DNA of 64,000 nucleotides, taken from contig JBMSGH010000014.1 in NCBI GenBank assembly GCA_049415445.1, positions 6,603 through 70,602 of the forward strand. The letters run 5' to 3'. A model generated the notes under the pieces. The model worked only from the letters and a program-made list of their open reading frames with translations. It was not told the DNA's origin and did not search any database. The DNA is from Bacteriovoracaceae bacterium (GTDB lineage Bacteria > Bdellovibrionota > Bacteriovoracia > Bacteriovoracales > Bacteriovoracaceae). Below, one piece after another: positions 8,424 through 17,000 of this stretch (within the stretch, counting starts at the first letter, position 1; the number at the start of each line of letters is the position of its first letter). The position numbers were made by a program, and so were the translations under genes.

Positions 8424-11400
8424 TTGAAAAAGCTAATTGAATTCTTTGTAGAAAGGTCCTTATTGGTTAACTTGCTCACAGCAATAATTTTGTTCGTTGG
8501 TGGGCTCTCTTTGTATAATCTGCAAAGAGAGATGTTTCCTAATGTTGATTTTGATGTCATTACGATAACAACTGTCTATCCCGGTACAAGTGCAGAGGAT
8601 GTTGAGAAGTTAATAACTCTTAATATTGAAAGAGAGCTTAAAGGAGTAGATGGAATTAAAGAGATGAATGCTATGTCCTTAGAGGGCACGAGTATTATCT
8701 ACCTTAATATAGACCCCGATGTTATTTTAGAAGATGTTCTTGAGGATGTTAAAAATGCTGTTGATGTGGTTGATGACTTACCTGAAGATGCTGAGATCCC
8801 TCGAGTTGTAAGTATGACAAATAAAAACCGATCGACTATTAAAATTCCTTTAATAGGGGAAGATTATAATCAGCTAAGATTGGTAAGTAGAAAACTAAGA
8901 GATCACTTAGAGTCTCTCAATGGTGTGTCTAGGGTAAACCTTGAAGGATATCATAAAGACGAGATAAGAGTTGAAGTTAATCAGGATAAGTTAAACTTAT
9001 TTCAAATTACGGTAGGTGAGGTCTATGAGGCCATACGCCAAAATAATATCAGTCTTTCGGCCGGAAAAATAAAAGACCCTAAAGGTGATATTATCGTTCG
9101 AACGACTTCGGAGTTTCAAACGACTCAAGATATTAAGGATGTTGTTATCCGTTCAAACTCAACAGGGCAAAATGTAAGAGTGGGTCAATTGGCCAATGTT
9201 ATAAAGGTCCCTGAAGAAGCGACCATTTTAGAACGTAGTAATGGGCAAAGGGCCATTTTTCTTGATGTCTTTATTAAGAAAAGCTCTGATATTATAAGAC
9301 TAACAAAAGAGATTAAAGAGGCGACAAAAGACTTTTTTGAAAGTCCAAAAAATTCTACAGTAGGGGTTAATTACCGTTTCACGGATGATCTAAGTTATTA
9401 TGTAAAGCGAAGATTAGACATACTCTCAAGTAGTGGTTTAACAGGGATTGTACTTGTTTTTCTATGCCTTCTTGTTTTCTTAAATCTAGGTACTTCTGTT
9501 GTGACTTCTTTAGGGGCACCTATAGCTTTTATGATTGCTTTTATCGCAATGGACTTTTTAGGTATTAGTGTCAATTTAATTTCGATGTTCGCTCTTATTA
9601 TGGTTTTGGGTATGCTCGTTGATGACTCTATTATTGTTGCTGAGCATTTCTTTCACCACATAGAAGAGAAGAAGCCACCTTTAGAGGCGGCCAGGTTGGC
9701 GGCGATTGCTACAGTGAAGCCAGTCTTGGCCACTGTTATTACGACGATGATCGCATTTTCGTCACTCTTTTTTATGGGTGGGATAATGGGCAAGTTTTTA
9801 TGGCCTATCCCTGCCGTGGCCATCATTTGTCTTTTAGGCTCTTTACTAGAATGCTTTTTTATTCTTCCTAGTCACTTATCTGATTTTGCCATGGCCTCTA
9901 GACATAAAAAAGAAAGAGAACACCGCTGGTATAATAAGTTTGTTCAATGGTATGGGAAGGTTTTAAACCCTTGTCTTAAGCATCCTTTTTTAACTTCAAT
10001 TACTTTTATTGTTGTTCTCGTAGGAGTTCTGTTTGTCGCTAAGGGTATGCGTTTTGAGCTTTTTCCAGGAGATGATGTTCGGGTTGTTTATCTTCAAATG
10101 AAAGGGAAAGTTGGGACCCCTTTAGAGACGACCAGTCAAAATATGATGAAGTTAGAGCAAATGGTTCTTAAGGAATTAGATAAAACAGAGTTAGAGCAAA
10201 TCAGAAGTAAAGTCGGAAGTTGGAGAGGAGAGCATAGTCGTAAGACCGGTGGGCATTATGGTTCTTTAGTTATTTATTTAACTCCACCTGATGAAAGAAC
10301 CAGAGGGACTGATGAGCTTGTTGAGATTTTAACAACAAAGGCAAAAGTACTTACTCCTGATTTTATTATTTCTTCTAACAAAATGAGAGGGGGGCCACCT
10401 CGAGGAAAGGCCCTTGAAATTGAAATTTTAGGGGAGAGCTTTGATGAACTTAAACAATCATCGCGTGAGATTTTGGATATTGTAAAGAGTGTGCCTGGAG
10501 TTTCTGGTGTTGAATTAGATTTTGAACTGGGAAAAAAACAGCTTATCGTGGATATTAACTCTGTTGAGGCCAAAAGGTTAGGACTAACAAATTCTAAGGT
10601 TGCTCTTGAGTTGCGAAAAGTTCTTGGAGGAGACTCTATTACAGAAATTAAAGGTGCTGAGGACGATATAGAAATAAAAATTTACTTACCTAAAGATCAA
10701 AGGGCCAATATTGATTCATTAGATAAGTTTTATCTATTAAATAATTCAGGGCAAAGAATTTTGTTAAGTCGAATTGCAGATTTTAAAGATAATCAAGGGG
10801 CCTTAGTTATTCGTAGGAAAGATAGAAAAAGAATCTTTTCAATTTCAGGGTCTTTAAATAAAGAAGAAATTAACCCTATCGAAGCAGAGAGGATATTAGC
10901 GCCTAAAGTAGATAAGGTTATAAAAAAATATAAAACTCTTGATTACCGCTTTGGTGGAGAAAATGAAGACACCCAAGAATCAATGCAAGAGCTTGCTAAG
11001 GCCGCAACGATATCTTTTGTTTGTATCTTTTTTGTGCTTGTCGTGATGTTTAACTCTTTAGGACAACCTTTTGTTATTATGTCGAGTATCCCGATGGGTG
11101 CTATTGGGGTGGTTCTTGCTTTTAAAATTAAAGGTATAGCGCTTAGCTTTATGGGACTTCTCGGTGTTGTCGCCTTGGTTGGAGTTGTTGTTAATGACTC
11201 CATTGTTCTTGTTAACTTTATTAACGAAAGAAGAAAAAGTCATGAGGATGATTTTTTTGCTGTTCTTGAAGCCGCCAAAGGACGTTTTAGGGCCGTTATC
11301 TTAACAACCTTCACCACTGTCGTTGGGTTGTTGCCGATAGCTCATGCTGGCTTTTTTGGGGGAAGTGCGGGAGACCCTTTTGTTAAACCCATGGCCTTTA

Positions 11401-11558
11401 GTTTTGCTTATGGGCTATTATTTGCCAGTGTGATTACACTCTTTTTTATTCCTGCCAATTATTTGATTTATTTAAAAATCTTAAACTTTTTTAAAAGGCT
11501 TTTAATGCCATTAAAAGAAAAGTTTTATCATATTAATGAGGAACATTTTCAGGAATAA
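8424..11558 (+). CDS. RND (AcrB/CzcA-type) efflux permease
   Basis: 1044 aa, with a TTG start after AAGGAGAGG. Typical features are the N-terminus ...ERSLLVNLLTAIILFVGGLSL, 12 TM segments and two large periplasmic loops. Confidence 0.9.
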   Translation: MKKLIEFFVERSLLVNLLTAIILFVGGLSLYNLQREMFPNVDFDVITITTVYPGTSAEDVEKLITLNIERELKGVDGIKEMNAMSLEGTSIIYLNIDPDVILEDVLEDVKNAVDVVDDLPEDAEIPRVVSMTNKNRSTIKIPLIGEDYNQLRLVSRKLRDHLESLNGVSRVNLEGYHKDEIRVEVNQDKLNLFQITVGEVYEAIRQNNISLSAGKIKDPKGDIIVRTTSEFQTTQDIKDVVIRSNSTGQNVRVGQLANVIKVPEEATILERSNGQRAIFLDVFIKKSSDIIRLTKEIKEATKDFFESPKNSTVGVNYRFTDDLSYYVKRRLDILSSSGLTGIVLVFLCLLVFLNLGTSVVTSLGAPIAFMIAFIAMDFLGISVNLISMFALIMVLGMLVDDSIIVAEHFFHHIEEKKPPLEAARLAAIATVKPVLATVITTMIAFSSLFFMGGIMGKFLWPIPAVAIICLLGSLLECFFILPSHLSDFAMASRHKKEREHRWYNKFVQWYGKVLNPCLKHPFLTSITFIVVLVGVLFVAKGMRFELFPGDDVRVVYLQMKGKVGTPLETTSQNMMKLEQMVLKELDKTELEQIRSKVGSWRGEHSRKTGGHYGSLVIYLTPPDERTRGTDELVEILTTKAKVLTPDFIISSNKMRGGPPRGKALEIEILGESFDELKQSSREILDIVKSVPGVSGVELDFELGKKQLIVDINSVEAKRLGLTNSKVALELRKVLGGDSITEIKGAEDDIEIKIYLPKDQRANIDSLDKFYLLNNSGQRILLSRIADFKDNQGALVIRRKDRKRIFSISGSLNKEEINPIEAERILAPKVDKVIKKYKTLDYRFGGENEDTQESMQELAKAATISFVCIFFVLVVMFNSLGQPFVIMSSIPMGAIGVVLAFKIKGIALSFMGLLGVVALVGVVVNDSIVLVNFINERRKSHEDDFFAVLEAAKGRFRAVILTTFTTVVGLLPIAHAGFFGGSAGDPFVKPMAFSFAYGLLFASVITLFFIPANYLIYLKILNFFKRLLMPLKEKFYHINEEHFQE

Positions 11559-12255
11559 GGACCCTGTTACAATTGGGGCAAAACTCTAAACAAAAGCTTT
11601 TTTGAAGGGCCTCTTCCAGTGCTCGAGGAATAGAGTAATGGCATTGGCCACAGTTACCACTTTTTAAGAAGCTTAATGGTTTGTTATCTTCAAACTTCTC
11701 AATAAGGCCCAGAAACTCTTTTCCAATAACTGGGGGGAGTAGAGAAATGATTTGATCAATTCTGTCCTGGTAATTATTAATTTGTTGATCTTCGTTTTGG
11801 TTAAGCTGCTCAACTTCTTTCTCAACATTTTGTAGGCTTTTTAATGAACCCTCACAAAAAGAAGAGAGATCACTTATTTCTTGCTCTAACTTTTCTTTTT
11901 CTTCAAGGTGCTCAAGCGCCTTTTGTTCAAGTTGGGATATGGACTCTTCAAGGGTTATGATATCATGCTCTATGGCGTTGAGCTCTTTTTCAGAAGTCAC
12001 GAGATTTCTTTGCTGGTTTTTATGCTCAAGCTCTTTTGAATCTTTTTGGAGTTGAAGATCTTCGTTATTAAATGACTCATCTACAGACTCTAAAAGTTTA
12101 TGAACTTCTTCGAGCCTTTGTTGAGATTTTTCTCTTTGGCCTTTAATAGAATCAGTCCTATGGAGATTTTGTTTGATGTTTTTTTTATGAAAGGAAACTT
12201 TATTTAAAAGACTTTGGATTTCAATGAGATGGTGCGCGGTTTCTGAATTTTCCAT
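11533..12255 (-). CDS. coiled-coil protein with C-terminal C4 zinc ribbon (COG1579-like)
   Basis: A long heptad-rich region is followed by CGQC-x22-CPNC. Confidence 0.6.
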   Translation of the reverse strand: MENSETAHHLIEIQSLLNKVSFHKKNIKQNLHRTDSIKGQREKSQQRLEEVHKLLESVDESFNNEDLQLQKDSKELEHKNQQRNLVTSEKELNAIEHDIITLEESISQLEQKALEHLEEKEKLEQEISDLSSFCEGSLKSLQNVEKEVEQLNQNEDQQINNYQDRIDQIISLLPPVIGKEFLGLIEKFEDNKPLSFLKSGNCGQCHYSIPRALEEALQKSFCLEFCPNCNRVLIPENVPH

Positions 12256-12955
12256 GATCTCTTTTTAACTCCTCTAGGATTTCTTGTCTTAGATTTGGTT
12301 TTGCCTTACCTGATTTTTGCTCTAGGTATTCAATCAAACCTGTGATCTCTAGGGGGCCATCAAACTCAATCCCAATAAAGAAAACCATATCCTTAGGATT
12401 ACAATGAATGTACTTAATTTGCCCTGAAATCTTTTTCTTTATGGGATAATCATGGATGCTTGTAAAGATTATTCTGTCATTTAGATTATAATTCTGAAAT
12501 TGTCGTCCTTTGGCCTTAAGGAAAACACCATATTCACTAATACTAAGTAAAATGGATTTGTCTAGAATACTATCTAAGGAATGGTTTAGAGTTTGGACAT
12601 TATTAAAAATAACAGTGAAAGGGTGGTCTCTAAACTCTTCACGATAGGAGCGCCTTCTGTCTTCTATGGAGACTGTTAAAGGAAGGCGTATTTTGAGTAA
12701 GTGAGCTCTTACTTTTCCTGAGCTTTGGGCCTTAAAAGAGATATTTCCTACTTCGTTTGTAATATTCCATTGTGTATGAGGTTCAAATTGATAGTTTTCT
12801 AATGGCCTTAAAATGGCCTCATGGGTGTAGTAGTTATAGAAAACCAAAGTAGCTTTAACGCTATTGTTGAGCAGAAGTCTTGTTTGAAACTCAATAAACT
12901 TTTCAAGCAGTTCTGTTATTTCAGTCGATTCTCTTAGTGTTTGAAGGCGATTCAT
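12221..12955 (-). CDS. PilZ-like domain protein (tentative)
   Basis: RRSYR (RxxxR) is followed about 40 aa later by SISEYG, resembling (D/N)xSxxG. It overlaps the downstream gene by 35 nt. Confidence 0.4.
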   Translation of the reverse strand: MNRLQTLRESTEITELLEKFIEFQTRLLLNNSVKATLVFYNYYTHEAILRPLENYQFEPHTQWNITNEVGNISFKAQSSGKVRAHLLKIRLPLTVSIEDRRRSYREEFRDHPFTVIFNNVQTLNHSLDSILDKSILLSISEYGVFLKAKGRQFQNYNLNDRIIFTSIHDYPIKKKISGQIKYIHCNPKDMVFFIGIEFDGPLEITGLIEYLEQKSGKAKPNLRQEILEELKRDHGKFRNRAPSH

Positions 12956-13059
12956 GAAATTATTTTCTCATATTTTCGCTCAATGTTAGAAGTTGATTTA
13001 CTTTGGAGGAAATTGCCTATACAAAAAGGGGAATGAGTCTATATAACGTGGAGCATTAA

Positions 13060-14037
13060 TTGAGGGGAAACTCTTTTGGTAAACTTTTAAGTATGATGAG
13101 CTTTGGCGAAAGCCACGGGAAGGCCCTCGGTGTTATTATCGATGGAGTCCCAAGTGGTTTAGATTTTAGCTTAGAAGAGCTTACTAGGGAGTTGAAAAAA
13201 AGAGCACCTGGGCATCTTCCAGGAACGACTTCAAGAAAAGAGCAGGATAGGCCGATTGTTTACTCTGGGGTTTTTGAAGGTAAAACTCTAGGTACTCCTA
13301 TTATGGTCTTAGTAGAAAATACGAACCAACGCTCTGAAGATTATCAAAAATTAAAAGATGATTTTCGTCCTGGGCATGCTGATGAAACAACACTTTTAAA
13401 ATATGGAATTAGGGATCATCGAGGCGGGGGAAGAAGTAGTGGGCGTGAAACATTGGCCAGAGTTATTGGTGGTTACTTTGCTTCTCTTATACTTCCATCT
13501 TTAAAAGTAAACTCTTGGATCACAGAGCTTGGGCCCTTTAAAATGGAGACCAATAGTCCAACTCCTAACCCTTATCACTTAGCACAAGCAGAAAAACAAA
13601 AAGATGTGGAGTCCTTTTTATTAGAGCTCAAAGAAAATGGTGACTCTGTTGGTGGAAAAGTACAAACAATAATCGAAAATTGTCCTGTGGGTTTAGGCGA
13701 GCCTGTTTTTGATAAGCTTAAGGCCGATTTAGCGAAGGCCGTTCTTTCTATTGGTGCCTGTGTCGGTTTTAGTATGGGCCTTGGGGAAGAAATGGTTAAT
13801 TTAAAAGGCTCTGTTATTTCTCAAGATAGAGATTCTTTTGGAGGGATTGAAGGAGGTATATCTAATGGGCGTACTATTAGAATAACTTCAATTTTTAAGC
13901 CAACTTCGACTGTTGGAGAAAAGGCCAAACAAGGAAGACATGATCCTTGTATTCTTCCGCGAGTGATTCCTGTTGTAAATAGTATGGTCATGTTTGTATT
14001 AGCAGATCACTATTTAAGGCAAAAGGCTTACCAATGA
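13060..14037 (+). CDS. aroC: chorismate synthase
   Basis: FGESHGKALGVIIDGVPSGL, RPGHAD and GGGRSSGRET motifs are present. TTG start. Confidence 0.9.
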   Translation: MRGNSFGKLLSMMSFGESHGKALGVIIDGVPSGLDFSLEELTRELKKRAPGHLPGTTSRKEQDRPIVYSGVFEGKTLGTPIMVLVENTNQRSEDYQKLKDDFRPGHADETTLLKYGIRDHRGGGRSSGRETLARVIGGYFASLILPSLKVNSWITELGPFKMETNSPTPNPYHLAQAEKQKDVESFLLELKENGDSVGGKVQTIIENCPVGLGEPVFDKLKADLAKAVLSIGACVGFSMGLGEEMVNLKGSVISQDRDSFGGIEGGISNGRTIRITSIFKPTSTVGEKAKQGRHDPCILPRVIPVVNSMVMFVLADHYLRQKAYQ

Positions 14038-15020
14038 GAAGTGAAGAAATTCTTCACTTTAATCATCTTAAAGATGTTCTTTGCGATGAAGAACTATTTA
14101 TCGTACTCGATCGTAATATAAAAAACCTTTATAAAAAAAAGTTAGACGAAATTTTTGAAGCATTTAAATATCCTCCTGTCATTTTTGATAGCTTTGATGG
14201 CGAAAAAGATAAGTCATTAGAAAAGTATGATGAATGTGTCAGTTTCTTTCTAGCACATAGAATCCACAGGAAGGCCAGGGTTTTGGCCATAGGTGGAGGG
14301 GCGACAAGTGATTTTGCTGGTTTTGTTGCAAGTACTATTTTACGAGGAGTAAGTTGGTCAATCGTTCCAACTACACTTCTGTCTATGGTTGATGCTGCTA
14401 TTGGTGGTAAAACAGGGCTTAATGTCGTGGAAGGAAAAAACCTTATTGGTTCATTTTATACGGCCGACCACGTCTTTTATGATACTTCTTTTTTGAAAAC
14501 GTTAACAGAAGAAGAAGTTATTTCTGGAAAGGGTGAAATATTAAAGTACGCTCTTTTAGACAAAAATATTTATGATCAAGTTATGAGTAACTCCTCATTA
14601 GAGGATTTGATTTTTTCATGTGCTCATTATAAGCGCAAGATTGTAGAAATTGATTTTAAGGAACAAGGTCAACGAATATTATTAAACCTTGGGCATACTT
14701 TTGGACATGCTTTTGAGCGTTGCTTTAAAATGGCCCATGGTAAGGCCGTTATTGAGGGAATTATTTTAAAGGACAAGCTTTTAAATAATTCAGGGCTTGA
14801 AGATTCTTTAAGGTCTTTGTTGTTGGCCTTGAATATCGATGGACCTCAACTAAGTGGTGAAGATATCAAAAATTTTGCCAGTAAAATAATAGACTTTATT
14901 GCCGTTGATAAAAAAAGAGGTAGTAAAGATATAGTTAATGTATTGATTCCTGTGGAAATAGGAAATGTGAAAATCGAGGAGATTTCCATTGAAAAGATTG
15001 CAGGTCTTTTAAACTCATGA
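14034..15020 (+). CDS. aroB: 3-dehydroquinate synthase
   Basis: GGGATSDFAGFVAS, VPTTLLSMVDAAIGGKTGLN and LNLGHTFGHA motifs are present. There is a 4-nt overlap with aroC. Confidence 0.85.
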   Translation: MRSEEILHFNHLKDVLCDEELFIVLDRNIKNLYKKKLDEIFEAFKYPPVIFDSFDGEKDKSLEKYDECVSFFLAHRIHRKARVLAIGGGATSDFAGFVASTILRGVSWSIVPTTLLSMVDAAIGGKTGLNVVEGKNLIGSFYTADHVFYDTSFLKTLTEEEVISGKGEILKYALLDKNIYDQVMSNSSLEDLIFSCAHYKRKIVEIDFKEQGQRILLNLGHTFGHAFERCFKMAHGKAVIEGIILKDKLLNNSGLEDSLRSLLLALNIDGPQLSGEDIKNFASKIIDFIAVDKKRGSKDIVNVLIPVEIGNVKIEEISIEKIAGLLNS

Positions 15021-16198
15021 AAACAATCACACCCCTTAATAAACTAGATAAGAAAGTCATTGTGCCATCAAGTAAGTCTGTCGCAACGAGGGCCCTTATT
15101 CTCGCTTCACTTTCTCCAAGACCTATTTGGTTAAAAAACTTACCGGACTCTACGGATGTTATTAATTTAAAAAATGCATTAGAGAAAATTGGAATTGAGT
15201 TTAAAGCAAAAGCAAAAGACGTTTGTGTTTTGAATTGCTTTCCTGATTGTGAAAAAAGCTCACCATTATTATTAGAGACAGGTGATGGAGGTACAACCAA
15301 TCGATTTTTAATAGCATTATTAGCAAAGGGTCAAAGAGAATATAGAATCCGTATGGATAAAGAGATGAAACAAAGACCTTTAGAGGAGATTATCACTATT
15401 ATCCAAAAAAATGGAGCTCAAATATTTTGGAAAGAAGACGATCTTTTTATCAAAGGGCCTTTTCAAGAAACTGCTCATCCTATTGAACTTGACTGCAAAA
15501 GATCCTCTCAGTTTGCTTCTGCTTTGATGCTTTCCTATGATCAAAACTTAATTTTTAATAATCTCGACTCTAGTCAAGGTTATTTAGAGTTAACTAAAGA
15601 AATGAAAAAAAGTTTTTCTCACAATATTGAGAGCTATGAGATATCAACTGATATGAGCTCCCTTTCTTATCCACTGGCACTGGGCAGTGTCCTTGGTGGT
15701 GTTGAGGTTGTAGATTTTAAAAATGATTTTCTTCAACCAGACTCAGCTTTCATTAATATTTTAAAAGATATTGGAGTAAAGCTCATTACTTCTGAAAATA
15801 CAATTCGTGTTGAAAAAAGCAATTTAAATAGACCTTTTAATTTGGATTGCTCTTCTTTTCCTGATCTTGTTCCGACATTATGTTTTTTAGCAACAAAAAT
15901 TAAGGGCCTTAGTAAACTAAAGGGACTTGACGTTTTGGCCTATAAAGAATCTGATCGACTGACAGGTTGTTATGAACTTCTTAAGTCGATAGGAGTAAAG
16001 ATAGAGCTTAAGGATAAAGAGCTGCTTATAGAGGGTGACCCTGAAAAAAAACTAGATGCATTTTATTATAAAGCACCTAAAGACCATAGAATGGTTATGA
16101 TGGCCGCCATGCTTATGTCTTCGAATTCAGGGGGGACACTTGAGGGCCTTCATCATATAAATAAATCTTATTCATCGTTTGCGACTCTTCTTTCTTAA
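15017..16198 (+). CDS. aroA: 3-phosphoshikimate 1-carboxyvinyltransferase (EPSP synthase)
   Basis: PSSKSVATRALILASLS, KESDRL and DHRMVMMAAM motifs are present. There is a 4-nt overlap with aroB. Confidence 0.85.
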   Translation: MKTITPLNKLDKKVIVPSSKSVATRALILASLSPRPIWLKNLPDSTDVINLKNALEKIGIEFKAKAKDVCVLNCFPDCEKSSPLLLETGDGGTTNRFLIALLAKGQREYRIRMDKEMKQRPLEEIITIIQKNGAQIFWKEDDLFIKGPFQETAHPIELDCKRSSQFASALMLSYDQNLIFNNLDSSQGYLELTKEMKKSFSHNIESYEISTDMSSLSYPLALGSVLGGVEVVDFKNDFLQPDSAFINILKDIGVKLITSENTIRVEKSNLNRPFNLDCSSFPDLVPTLCFLATKIKGLSKLKGLDVLAYKESDRLTGCYELLKSIGVKIELKDKELLIEGDPEKKLDAFYYKAPKDHRMVMMAAMLMSSNSGGTLEGLHHINKSYSSFATLLS

Positions 16199-16319
16199 AT
16201 GCCAATTTATTATGCTATTGCTTAGCAATAAGTCCTTAAACGTTCTCGAATACAATAGAATCTCTAGGAATTATCAAAAATAATATCACCTCACTTATAA
16301 TGGAGTTGAGGAGGTGAAG

Positions 16320-16574
16320 ATGTTGAAATATTTGATATCATTTTTGATACTTTTTTCAATTCCATTTATTTCTTTCACCAAGGAAATAAAAGATATTGAG
16401 TTAAAAGACTTAGGGGTAAAGCAAGAGGATAGCAAGATAGGGGGCAGAACGCCTCAATCTGTTAACTTACAGTCTGAAGAAGAACTTGAGAATGAGCAAA
16501 GGTATCAGAAACTTAGAGAATTTTCCGATAGGATGATGGAACTACGTGAACCTAATCCAACTCGGGAGTACTAA
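16320..16574 (+). CDS. small exported/membrane-anchored acidic protein (84 aa)
   Basis: ATG at 16320 lies 5 nt after GAGGAGG, whereas the ORF-track GTG at 16314 overlaps the SD. The N-terminus MLKYLISFLILFSIPFISF is hydrophobic. The stop abuts the globin ATG. Confidence 0.45.
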   Translation: MLKYLISFLILFSIPFISFTKEIKDIELKDLGVKQEDSKIGGRTPQSVNLQSEEELENEQRYQKLREFSDRMMELREPNPTREY

Positions 16575-17000
16575 ATGTCATCTTTAGATATAGCTTTGAT
16601 TAAGGAGTCTTTTGAAGGTGTTATTGAAGTTTCGGAAGAGGCCATGAGCTATTTCTATAATCAACTATTTGAAAAGTACCCCCAAGTACAACCGTTATTT
16701 GCAGATATCGATATGAAAGAGCAACAAGATAATCTTTTTTCTGCTCTTATGTATATTGTCGATAACATAGAAAAGCCTAATGTAGTCTTACCATTTATTG
16801 AAAAAATGGGAGCAAGGCATGCGAATTACGGGGTTGAGGAATCTCATTTTCCGATCATTGGGTTTATTCTTCTGGATACTTATTCACACTTCTTTGGAGA
16901 AAAATGGACCGATGACTTAAGGGAGCATTGGCTTAAGGCCTATGCTCTCATTGCCTCTCATATGATTAAGGGTATGAGAGATAAAGCTAAGGTGGCCTAA
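16575..17000 (+). CDS. single-domain globin (Vitreoscilla/flavohaemoglobin-type)
   Basis: The pattern YFYNQLFEKYPQVQPLF ... EQQDNL ... GARHANYGV..HFPIIG ... WLKAYALIA parallels the VHb B10 Tyr, E7 Gln and F8 His positions. Confidence 0.8.
   Translation: MSSLDIALIKESFEGVIEVSEEAMSYFYNQLFEKYPQVQPLFADIDMKEQQDNLFSALMYIVDNIEKPNVVLPFIEKMGARHANYGVEESHFPIIGFILLDTYSHFFGEKWTDDLREHWLKAYALIASHMIKGMRDKAKVA

Noticed and set aside
10274-11243. Three antisense ORFs (99, 86 and 61 aa) inside the RND permease gene
   Set aside because: The reasoning is the same as for the aroB/aroA antisense ORF. They are Ser/Thr/Pro-rich mirror-frame products with no start context, and the sense gene is unambiguous.
13060-14037. 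AroC looks short (325 aa); possible truncation or pseudogene
   Set aside because: Both conserved termini and the internal motifs are intact, and the gene is translationally coupled to aroB. It is probably a compact orthologue.
14935-15300. 121-aa antisense ORF across the aroB/aroA junction
   Set aside because: It lies entirely antisense to two genes with strong family signatures. It has no SD, its composition is low-complexity, and it is most simply a by-product of the sense-strand codon pattern.
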